Virus record (IMG/VR): IMGVR_UViG_3300025277_000142
Location: 1-25,107 of that record
Source of the DNA: a virus
Lineage: Duplodnaviria > Caudoviricetes
Length of the DNA: 25,107 bases
Strand: one strand, 5' to 3'
This document shows, one piece after another, positions 1 to 5,487 of the stretch (position 1 is the first letter of the stretch; each line of letters starts with the position of its first letter). The notes beneath the pieces were generated by a model that made no database searches, was not told the origin of the DNA, and worked only from the letters and a program-made list of their open reading frames with translations. A program made the translations under genes and the position numbers.

Positions 1-529
1 CATCATAATAATACTTGCCTTTACTCTCAGCATGAGCTAACAGAAATATCGACTCATGGGCTTTAGTACACCGATCCTTGACACTCTCCGGCATGGGGTT
101 GGGTTTACTCCAGATAATTTCTTGACGTAGATACCACCCATCAGCCTGGAGAGCGAAGGCCACTCTCCAGGGAATCCCGCACAGATCTTTGGATTTCAAT
201 CCGTTGGGTACAGTTGAATAACCCTCTAGGTGGTGATATTCTTGGTTGAGACCCTTGCTTGGTCCCTTGCCACTCCCGGAGTAACTATCACCCAAGTTCA
301 GCCACAGCGTTCCACTAGTCTTCAGCACCCGCGCCACTTCGCCAAACACCTTGACCATCGTATCGACGTATTCGTCGATGGTGGATTCTAGTCCGATCTG
401 ACCATCAACACCGTAATTTCTCAACCCGTAGTATGGCGGACTCGTCACTACACAATCTATAGAAGCATCTTCCAGCGTGCCCAGTGAGGTACGGACATCA
501 CCTTGTATGATCTGACTCTTATAGATCAT
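1..529 (-). CDS. Site-specific DNA methyltransferase, N4/N6 (beta-class) family; 3' end runs off the window
   Basis: Not in the ORF track. Manual translation from ATG at 529 (ATGA overlap with the stop of 526..897): MIYKSQIIQGDVRTSLGTLEDASIDCVVTSPPYYGLRNYG...ARVLKTSGTLWLNLGDSY...IPWRVAFALQADGWYLRQEIIWSKPNPMPESVKDRCTKAHESIF. Contains the catalytic SPPY motif and typical N6_N4_Mtase blocks. Confidence 0.93.
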   Translation of the reverse strand, partial: MIYKSQIIQGDVRTSLGTLEDASIDCVVTSPPYYGLRNYGVDGQIGLESTIDEYVDTMVKVFGEVARVLKTSGTLWLNLGDSYSGSGKGPSKGLNQEYHHLEGYSTVPNGLKSKDLCGIPWRVAFALQADGWYLRQEIIWSKPNPMPESVKDRCTKAHESIFLLAHAESKGKYYYD

Positions 530-897
530 TTGGCACCTCCAACACTGAGAACCATCTGGCGGACAGCGTTACGATAAGCGAATCCACGAGCCACCATAGA
601 ATCGGTGTGGGAACCAGCCCCACCGCGACTACTCGATCCATTTAGAACAGTGACCACAGCTCTGAAAGTACCATTATTACTCTGCTTAAGAACCACTTTA
701 GATTGATCGAAGGAGGTCATCTTAGATTCTTGGGCTAACAATACTGCCCCAGCAAATGTTGGAACCCCTGGCGCGTGCCAGAGGTAAATCGGGTTCCATG
801 ATTTAGGATCGTTGACATAAGCTTGGATCGATTTAGCATCCATCTGGTCGGCTTGTTGAAACTTGTCACCACCACCGGTGCGATGTCTTATTGTCAT
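526..897 (-). CDS. Hypothetical phage protein (123 aa)
   Basis: ORF with ATGA overlaps to both neighbours and a GGGGGTG SD-like sequence upstream; no recognisable motif. Confidence 0.7.
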   Translation of the reverse strand: MTIRHRTGGGDKFQQADQMDAKSIQAYVNDPKSWNPIYLWHAPGVPTFAGAVLLAQESKMTSFDQSKVVLKQSNNGTFRAVVTVLNGSSSRGGAGSHTDSMVARGFAYRNAVRQMVLSVGGAK

Positions 898-1097
898 TTT
901 GACACCCCCTTGATAGCACCAGATTCTTGAGCTGCATATTGAGCTGCATACTTTACTTTAGTGATAGCTTGTGACACTAGGTTCCGAGCTACGCTGTATT
1001 CATGTTGGGCTTTGTTCCCAAATTCCTGTTGATCAGATCTCATCTCTAAGATCTTGACAAATCCAGCTAACTGCTCAGCTAAGGTTTTATCGTTCAT
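894..1097 (-). CDS. Hypothetical phage protein (67 aa)
   Basis: SD GAGGTG upstream; overlaps both neighbours; predicted helical. Confidence 0.7.
   Translation of the reverse strand: MNDKTLAEQLAGFVKILEMRSDQQEFGNKAQHEYSVARNLVSQAITKVKYAAQYAAQESGAIKGVSK
927..950. repeat. 12-bp tandem duplication (TTGAGCTGCATA x2, encoding YAAQYAAQ)
   Basis: Exact direct repeat at 927-938 and 939-950. Confidence 0.85.
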
Positions 1098-1308
1098 TTT
1101 TCACCTCAGACAGAAACTTATCCGACTCGATGGACACCAGAAACTTATCAGCTTCAGTGGTCAGTCGCTTGAGTAGTGCCATCTTGCAATATTTCTCGGT
1201 TCGTAAAGCAGCCGGTACATCCGCTTGATGACGTTGGGCGAACAACCTGTTGAATCTATTTCGACCAAGCCGTTTGGCCAAAATATCTTGATGGGTTTTA
1301 TTTCCCAT
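1087..1308 (-). CDS. Hypothetical basic phage protein (73 aa)
   Basis: GGAGA SD about 10 nt upstream of ATG; first gene of a coupled run leading to the methyltransferase. Confidence 0.7.
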   Translation of the reverse strand: MGNKTHQDILAKRLGRNRFNRLFAQRHQADVPAALRTEKYCKMALLKRLTTEADKFLVSIESDKFLSEVKNER

Positions 1309-1316
1309 GATATAAT
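1288..1316 (+). promoter_or_regulatory. Sigma70-like promoter, antisense to the coding strand
   Basis: TTGATG (1288-1293), 17 nt, TATAAT (1311-1316), with extended -10 TG. Confidence 0.55.
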
Positions 1317-1322
1317 ATCTCC

Positions 1323-1383
1323 GTCGTGCAAATATGATTTAACATTGTTTTTCTGATGAAAGCCCCCTGATCGGGGCTTTTTT
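1323..1383 (+). ncRNA. Candidate ~60-nt antisense small RNA (unit 1)
   Basis: Lies between the plus-strand promoter at 1288-1316 and the plus-strand terminator at 1359-1383. Start is inferred about 7 nt after the -10. Confidence 0.4.
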
Positions 1384-1716
1384 CATGCCGACCAATTCGA
1401 CATGACGCTTGTCTCGTAAACTTTCCGAACTGTTATTCAGAACTGAATAATGTCCGATAACTTTTCTTGATATACTTTTAAGAACTGAACTCAAGTTATT
1501 TTTTAGAACCGGTCTGTCTATGGGAACTGTAGATATGGATGGAAATAACGTCCGATAATTATAGTTATCGGACGTTATCGCCACTAATTCCATACCTGGA
1601 TATAACAAGTGTTGAAACGGATGGTGCAGGTCTGATACAATAGCCTCGATTCCATCAGCTGGTTTCACCTTTTCGCCTCGGTTCCCGCCGGGGCTTTTTT
1701 TATATCTAATATCCAT
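1339..1716 (-). CDS. Doubtful ORF (125 aa), possibly leaderless
   Basis: No SD, but the ATG sits 7 nt after a predicted -10. It reads through two antisense terminators and two palindromes, so it may be non-coding. Confidence 0.3.
   Translation of the reverse strand: MDIRYKKSPGGNRGEKVKPADGIEAIVSDLHHPFQHLLYPGMELVAITSDNYNYRTLFPSISTVPIDRPVLKNNLSSVLKSISRKVIGHYSVLNNSSESLRDKRHVELVGMKKAPIRGLSSEKQC
1359..1383 (+). terminator. Intrinsic terminator
   Basis: AAAGCCCC-ctgatc-GGGGCTTT followed by a 6-T run on the plus strand. Confidence 0.75.
1433..1450. repeat. Palindrome TTATTCAG-AA-CTGAATAA
   Basis: Perfect 8-bp inverted repeat with a 2-nt spacer. Confidence 0.8.
1545..1578. repeat. Perfect 14-bp inverted repeat with 6-bp spacer (recombinase- or operator-site-like)
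   Basis: ATAACGTCCGATAA-TTATAG-TTATCGGACGTTAT. A third arm copy, ATAATGTCCGATAA, is at 1447-1460. Confidence 0.85.
1612..1641 (+). promoter_or_regulatory. Sigma70-like promoter, antisense to the coding strand
   Basis: TTGAAA (1612-1617), 18 nt, TACAAT (1636-1641), with extended -10 TG. Confidence 0.55.
1648..1701 (+). ncRNA. Candidate ~54-nt antisense small RNA (unit 2)
   Basis: Lies between the promoter at 1612-1641 and the terminator at 1675-1701. Complementary to the first ~70 nt of the predicted minus-strand transcript from ~1716. Confidence 0.42.
1675..1701 (+). terminator. Intrinsic terminator
   Basis: GCCTCGG-ttcccg-CCGGGGC (one U-G pair, valid on the plus-strand RNA) followed by 7 T. 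Confidence 0.75.
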
Positions 1717-1722
1717 TGACTT

Positions 1723-1752
1723 ACTTTATCATAACCCCGTCTAGGATGTCAA
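1723..1752 (-). promoter_or_regulatory. Sigma70-like promoter
   Basis: Minus strand TTGACA (1752-1747), 18 nt, TAAAGT (1728-1723), with extended -10 TG; intergenic. Confidence 0.6.
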
Positions 1753-1756
1753 GTTG

Positions 1757-2056
1757 TCAGTTTAGTTCCGACCAGAAGTGGGATTCATCCTTCCAATCGT
1801 CATCGGTATCACCAAAAAGCTGATCACCCACGGTGTTCAGGTAGTGGAATATCAGGGTCGACAGCTCGTCATTCACGTAACCGGGCATTCCCTGGACCAA
1901 CCCTTGTCGATACCATTTCTTGATCTCCTTGACCGGCTCCGTCAATTCTATATCGACGATTTGTTCCGTCATCTGACGGCGAACGTCTATCACCTGACCC
2001 AAGGTCATCTTATTCAAGTCCTTCTCGATTTTCTTGGCTAATTTGAAATAATCCAT
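1757..2056 (-). CDS. Hypothetical phage protein (~99 aa; start revised to MDYFKLAKK)
   Basis: TAATG overlap with the upstream gene at 2054-2058 makes 2056 a better start than 2173. Confidence 0.7.
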   Translation of the reverse strand: MDYFKLAKKIEKDLNKMTLGQVIDVRRQMTEQIVDIELTEPVKEIKKWYRQGLVQGMPGYVNDELSTLIFHYLNTVGDQLFGDTDDDWKDESHFWSELN

Positions 2057-2289
2057 TATTCTGTACCATCTCCGCCTAAAAACCGATTGTAAAAACCCCG
2101 ACTTATAAACTGATAATCCTTGAAAGGGTCGTTGCTGTTGATGCGAAGTCGTACCCCACCATAATGGCCACAAACTCTACCTTCGCTCAGAGCCTTATCG
2201 AACTCCCGTCGGCTTGGGTATTCGTTAGCTGTAAAGTTACCCATCGATACCATGCCTCGGATTGATTGATACTTCTGCTTTCGATCCAT
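2056..2289 (-). CDS. Hypothetical phage protein (77 aa)
   Basis: Strong SD: TAAGGAGATAGAATAATG. Confidence 0.75.
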   Translation of the reverse strand: MDRKQKYQSIRGMVSMGNFTANEYPSRREFDKALSEGRVCGHYGGVRLRINSNDPFKDYQFISRGFYNRFLGGDGTE

Positions 2290-2301
2290 TATTCTATCTC
2301 C

Positions 2302-2466
2302 TTATCGGTTGTAGTATTCTAAAGAGGATACTTCATTCTTCAGTTGTCGACTGGTGCTCTCCAGTTGCTGAATCTCTCGGTGCTGACGGATGACGATTTT
2401 GTTGAGCCGTTCGATCTCATCCCTTAGACGTTGTTCAGTTTCCAGTGCTAGTTGATGCTTAGTCAT
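2302..2466 (-). CDS. Small coiled-coil protein (54 aa), not in the ORF track
   Basis: SD AAGGAGACAGAATAATG; MTKHQLALETEQRLRDEIERLNKIVIRQHREIQQLESTSRQLKNEVSSLEYYNR shows a heptad pattern. Confidence 0.7.
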   Translation of the reverse strand: MTKHQLALETEQRLRDEIERLNKIVIRQHREIQQLESTSRQLKNEVSSLEYYNR

Positions 2467-2615
2467 TATTCTGTCTCCTTCACGATAAAAACTTTAGTCG
2501 GGTGATACCAGTTACCTTCTCTGGCTGATTCGTAGGTGATAACCTGAATAAAATCAGAATACATCACTGTCTCTATCTGACCGTAAATCGTTCTAACTTT
2601 GGTTCCGCGTTTCAT
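2466..2615 (-). CDS. Small hypothetical protein (49 aa), not in the ORF track
   Basis: SD TAAGGAGATATAGATG; MKRGTKVRTIYGQIETVMYSDFIQVITYESAREGNWYHPTKVFIVKETE; TAATG overlap with the next gene. Confidence 0.7.
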   Translation of the reverse strand: MKRGTKVRTIYGQIETVMYSDFIQVITYESAREGNWYHPTKVFIVKETE

Positions 2616-2625
2616 CTATATCTCC

Positions 2626-2901
2626 TTAGTTCCAAGAATTTATACTGTCGTTGATTGCGTTCTTAACATCGTTCATATTGGATAAACTATGAGCGACTAG
2701 CCAGCCTCGGTTTTCATCATATGTGTCACTGAACGGACCTCTCAAGAGAGTGTCAACGTAGTATTTACCCAAAACATTGGATACTCTATAAACTACCTTT
2801 TTTCTCATAATACCATGTTCTATCGGATCTAAATCAAAACTATTACCCACCGGGATAGTCAATACTATTCTTTCTAGTGGGGTTGTGGTTACGTTGTTCA
2901 T
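2626..2901 (-). CDS. Hypothetical phage protein (91 aa)
   Basis: SD GAGGAGA upstream of ATG. Confidence 0.72.
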   Translation of the reverse strand: MNNVTTTPLERIVLTIPVGNSFDLDPIEHGIMRKKVVYRVSNVLGKYYVDTLLRGPFSDTYDENRGWLVAHSLSNMNDVKNAINDSINSWN

Positions 2902-2916
2902 CTCTCTGTCTCCTCT

Positions 2917-3132
2917 TTAACTAAATAGATCGTCAAGACATGCTTTCACGTCGTGGAAAGTGTCATTAAATTCGTCACCATATACGAGCTCACCCCGATC
3001 ATTGCGTTCAAACAGCTCGTCTCGGTTGATCCCTAACAAATTAGTCAGCCTGATTTCTACTATCTCACCTATCGCCGCCTCGATCCTAGCCTCGGTTGAC
3101 CTGGGTTTCGTGGTTGTGGTTAAGTTGTTCAT
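2917..3132 (-). CDS. Hypothetical acidic phage protein (~71 aa; start revised to MNNLTTT)
   Basis: AGGAGA SD precedes the ATG at 3132; the longer start at 3168 abuts the promoter -10. Confidence 0.7.
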   Translation of the reverse strand: MNNLTTTTKPRSTEARIEAAIGEIVEIRLTNLLGINRDELFERNDRGELVYGDEFNDTFHDVKACLDDLFS

Positions 3133-3169
3133 GTCTGTGTGTCTCCTGGTCTTTGCTCGATGTGACACT

Positions 3170-3199
3170 ATTGTAACATCTGGAGTTACACTGATGCAA
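3170..3199 (-). promoter_or_regulatory. Sigma70-like promoter with overlapping operator TGTAAC-N7-GTTACA
   Basis: TTGCAT (3199-3194), 18 nt, TACAAT (3175-3170), with extended TG; inverted repeat at 3172-3190. Confidence 0.62.
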
Positions 3200-3201
3200 G
3201 G

Positions 3202-3441
3202 TTATTTGATCTTTTTACGGCGTCTGCGTCCACTTTTTTTCAGGAACGTCATGGCCTCCAGATCCAGTATGTCGGCTAGCTGGTTCAAGTGGGCTATGGT
3301 TGGTGGTATTGGTGTTTTATGGTTGTGGGGCTTGGCGATGCGGTACAAGGTCTGGCGGCTGATACCCATCTTCTCAGCTACCTCAGTATAACCACCAGCA
3401 TTGAGGATCAAGTGATCCATCAACCTGAAATCGACTTCCAT
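3202..3441 (-). CDS. Cro/XRE-like helix-turn-helix transcriptional regulator
   Basis: GGYTEVAEKMGISRQTLYRIAK HTH signature followed by PTIAHLNQLADILD; AGGAGG SD. Confidence 0.85.
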   Translation of the reverse strand: MEVDFRLMDHLILNAGGYTEVAEKMGISRQTLYRIAKPHNHKTPIPPTIAHLNQLADILDLEAMTFLKKSGRRRRKKIK

Positions 3442-3463
3442 TATTATCCTCCTGCTTGCCTAT

Positions 3464-3493
3464 ATTGTAACGTATAGGGGTACAATCAAACAA
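3464..3493 (-). promoter_or_regulatory. Promoter of the HTH gene with operator TGTAAC-N7-GGTACA
   Basis: TTGTTT (3493-3488), 18 nt, TACAAT (3469-3464); near-palindrome at 3466-3484 matches the one at 3172-3190. Confidence 0.55.
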
Positions 3494-3503
3494 GCGAAAA
3501 GGG

Positions 3504-3926
3504 TTAGGGTATACGGTCATCCCCTCGTTTTTGGTACCGGCTGAGCCAGGATGAGAAGTGGAAGTAATTACGACCGGCACTAACAGATATTGAGGAGCTG
3601 CCAGGAACTCGGTGGTGGAGATAACTATCGTCACTGAAGAAATTGCACAAGAACCACTTTTTCTTAAAGTCCAGCTTTTCTGGATCGGTATAGTCGAAGA
3701 TATTTAGATTTCTCAGCACGCTGCGGGTTATTCTGCCGTATTTGGGACCGGGGTCAAAACCTTCCATCTCAGGCGGGAGGGTTAGTTTCTTCTTTATCCT
3801 AGCAATCAGCATCTGTTTGCGCTGCTTAAAATTGTGCCGATTCCAGGCTGTAGCGGATGAGATCGAAGGTAGATAATAAGTCTTGGTCGTATCGTCGTAA
3901 GTGTGCGTTACTCGATAAACTTTCAT
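3504..3926 (-). CDS. Hypothetical basic phage protein (~140 aa; start revised to MKVYRVTH)
   Basis: TAAGGAGA SD precedes the ATG at 3926. Confidence 0.72.
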   Translation of the reverse strand: MKVYRVTHTYDDTTKTYYLPSISSATAWNRHNFKQRKQMLIARIKKKLTLPPEMEGFDPGPKYGRITRSVLRNLNIFDYTDPEKLDFKKKWFLCNFFSDDSYLHHRVPGSSSISVSAGRNYFHFSSWLSRYQKRGDDRIP

Positions 3927-3942
3927 AATAGTCTCCTTAAAG

Positions 3943-3987
3943 ACGCCAGGCTTGCGCCTTCCCGCCAAGGTTGCGCAAGCCCGACAC
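3943..3987 (-). other. Long GC-rich 5'-UTR hairpin
   Basis: Minus strand GTGTCGGGCTTGCG(CAA)CCTT-ggcggg-AAGGCGCAAGCCTGGCGT; G-U pairs favour the minus-strand RNA; ends just before the SD. Confidence 0.6.
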
Positions 3988-4003
3988 TTAATACACCGGC
4001 ACT

Positions 4004-4032
4004 ATTATATACCATAAAAAAAACCCTGCCAA
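4004..4032 (-). promoter_or_regulatory. Sigma70-like promoter overlapping the terminator
   Basis: TTGGCA (4032-4027), 17 nt, TATAAT (4009-4004). Confidence 0.62.
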
Positions 4033-4055
4033 CGTTGCTGGCGCTGACAGGGTTT
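4016..4055 (-). terminator. Intrinsic terminator ending the late (virion/lysis) operon
   Basis: Minus strand CCCTGTCAGCG-ccagcaa-CGTTGGCAGGG followed by 8 T. Confidence 0.8.
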
Positions 4056-4138
4056 CTTCAGGAGAGTTTTGCAAGATCAAGGTTTAACTTTGGTGCGATA
4101 ATTCAGTTACTGTCTGAATCGTCACCTCTCCTAAAGTC

Positions 4139-4570
4139 CTAAAGGTCTGGCAAGAAATCTGAGTCTTTACGTCGTTGTCGTCGGTGTCGGTGTTCTTCAG
4201 TTCTTTGTTTCGATAGTTGGGTGGCTTGAGTTTGATGGGCTGATTCTCGCTGATCATCTTTATCGGCTGAGTTCCAGTGTGATACTAATCCCAGCACCCC
4301 AGCCCCGCAAACACAAATCACTGCTCCCCACTCAAATATCTCTGATCCTGATAAGTTGAACCAATCCAGGATGGGGAGGTCTCCTGCCACCATAGCTAAC
4401 AGAATTACTTTAACCCAGATGGTAACATGGGCGGCTGATTTCACCCCTGGAGAGGTTTTTACACCAGCTTCAGTGTCAAAACTCTCTGACTCAGCCTTGA
4501 TCGTCTCCTGGGTCGATTTCAGTGTTCCAACCAGCTCCATTACTGATCTGATCAGAAATAACGGATTCAT
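4139..4570 (-). CDS. Membrane protein with two predicted TM segments, holin-like
   Basis: Hydrophobic stretches VTIWVKVILLAMVAG and WGAVICVCGAGVLGLV; highly charged C-terminal tail. Confidence 0.5.
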   Translation of the reverse strand: MNPLFLIRSVMELVGTLKSTQETIKAESESFDTEAGVKTSPGVKSAAHVTIWVKVILLAMVAGDLPILDWFNLSGSEIFEWGAVICVCGAGVLGLVSHWNSADKDDQRESAHQTQATQLSKQRTEEHRHRRQRRKDSDFLPDL

Positions 4571-4576
4571 TCATAA

Positions 4577-4762
4577 TCAAGCTATCAGAAGTTTGGCTAA
4601 TATGCCAGCCACCATCGTAGCCGCTACCCCACCGATCACAGCTAGTGTTTTGTGAGATTGGGCTTGATGGGTCTCCAGTCGGGCAATGGCTACCTGTAGA
4701 TCAGTTAGTGTCGATTCTATAGCATGTAATCGAGCTCTGATGTTATCCATATCACTCATCAT
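4577..4762 (-). CDS. Small coiled-coil protein with C-terminal TM (XhlA/holin-like architecture)
   Basis: RLHAIESTLTDLQVAIARLE followed by LAVIGGVAATMVAGILAKLLIA. Confidence 0.55.
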   Translation of the reverse strand: MMSDMDNIRARLHAIESTLTDLQVAIARLETHQAQSHKTLAVIGGVAATMVAGILAKLLIA

Positions 4763-4958
4763 TATTACCTAGCAGTCTGTGCCACCACTGGGTGGGTCGA
4801 GTTTTTGGCATTCGTAGGGCTCTCCTCTTAGCTGATTTGATTTCTGAGGGGCAAAATAATAAGGGGTGGTCTAACCCATCCTGATCAATTTCGGTATACC
4901 AATAGTCTGTCGCTTGACCAAATCGGTGATTTTTGTTGCGCAGTTTTTGCAGTCGCAT
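4752..4958 (-). CDS. Hypothetical basic protein (68 aa)
   Basis: Tightly packed between neighbours on the coding strand. Confidence 0.6.
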   Translation of the reverse strand: MRLQKLRNKNHRFGQATDYWYTEIDQDGLDHPLLFCPSEIKSAKRRALRMPKTRPTQWWHRLLGNNDE

Positions 4959-4961
4959 TAA

Positions 4962-5318
4962 TTACGAATCCTTATGATTGCGATTATCGCCGAATCCGGC
5001 TACCACACTGGATAGAATGCCGGTCAGTACCAACAATATCCGTTCCGCTAGAGCGATTACCTTCTCAGTCGATAGGTTAGCCTGAGGTGTATACCAACTA
5101 GCCACGGCGGTAATTAAGGTGGCCATCAACAACCCACATATTCCAGCGAATACCAGCCGAACGATGGAAACCTGACCCTGAAGCATTATCAGGTTGGATC
5201 GGTCCTTCTCACTTTCACCTAACCGGTCTTGCAAGTCGTTGACTTGAGACTCGAGCAGGACGATAACTTCATGATCAGATCGCCCATCGAAATCGTTGCC
5301 ATTTTCCTTGTCAGCCAT
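4962..5318 (-). CDS. Coiled-coil plus two-TM membrane protein
   Basis: LLESQVNDLQDRLGE; TM segments IVRLVFAGICGLLMATLITAVASW and ILLVLTGILSSVVAGFG. Confidence 0.65.
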   Translation of the reverse strand: MADKENGNDFDGRSDHEVIVLLESQVNDLQDRLGESEKDRSNLIMLQGQVSIVRLVFAGICGLLMATLITAVASWYTPQANLSTEKVIALAERILLVLTGILSSVVAGFGDNRNHKDS

Positions 5319-5478
5319 GTTGGGCTAATTCTATTTGAGCCATCAGGTCTTGGCGCTTAAATGGTTTGGCGATGTAAGCATCCATCACCGCCGTTTGACA
5401 CTGTTCCTCCACCTGATCCACCAGGCTGGCCGTGAGTGCTACAATTCGGGTCCGGGGAAATCCGGTTATCTTCTCCAA
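5311..5478 (-). pseudogene. C-terminal half of a CheY-like response-regulator receiver domain (55 codons; not in the ORF track)
   Basis: Manual translation LEKITGFPRTRIVALTASLVDQVEEQCQTAVMDAYIAKPFKRQDLMAQIELAQHG*. It has the IxALTA and D-x-Y-I-x-KP motifs but lacks the N-terminal acidic pocket and phospho-acceptor Asp. Confidence 0.7.
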
Positions 5479-5487
5479 GTTATCATA

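Noticed and set aside
1545-1578. Protelomerase (telRL-type) target
   Set aside because: The centre is an asymmetric 6-bp spacer rather than a continuous palindrome, and no protelomerase gene is visible.
3172-3190. Host LexA, NtcA or TnrA/GlnR box
   Set aside because: The TGTAAC-N7-GTTACA spacing does not match GAAC-N4-GTTC, CTGT-N8-ACAG, GTA-N8-TAC or TGTNA-N7-TNACA; the adjacent phage HTH is the simpler explanation.
3383-3634. Minus-strand ORF 3383..3634
   Set aside because: It overlaps two better-supported genes and a promoter/operator in another frame, with no SD.
4056-4136. tRNA or hammerhead ribozyme
   Set aside because: No cloverleaf or T-loop GTTCRA, and no CUGAUGA/GAAA core.
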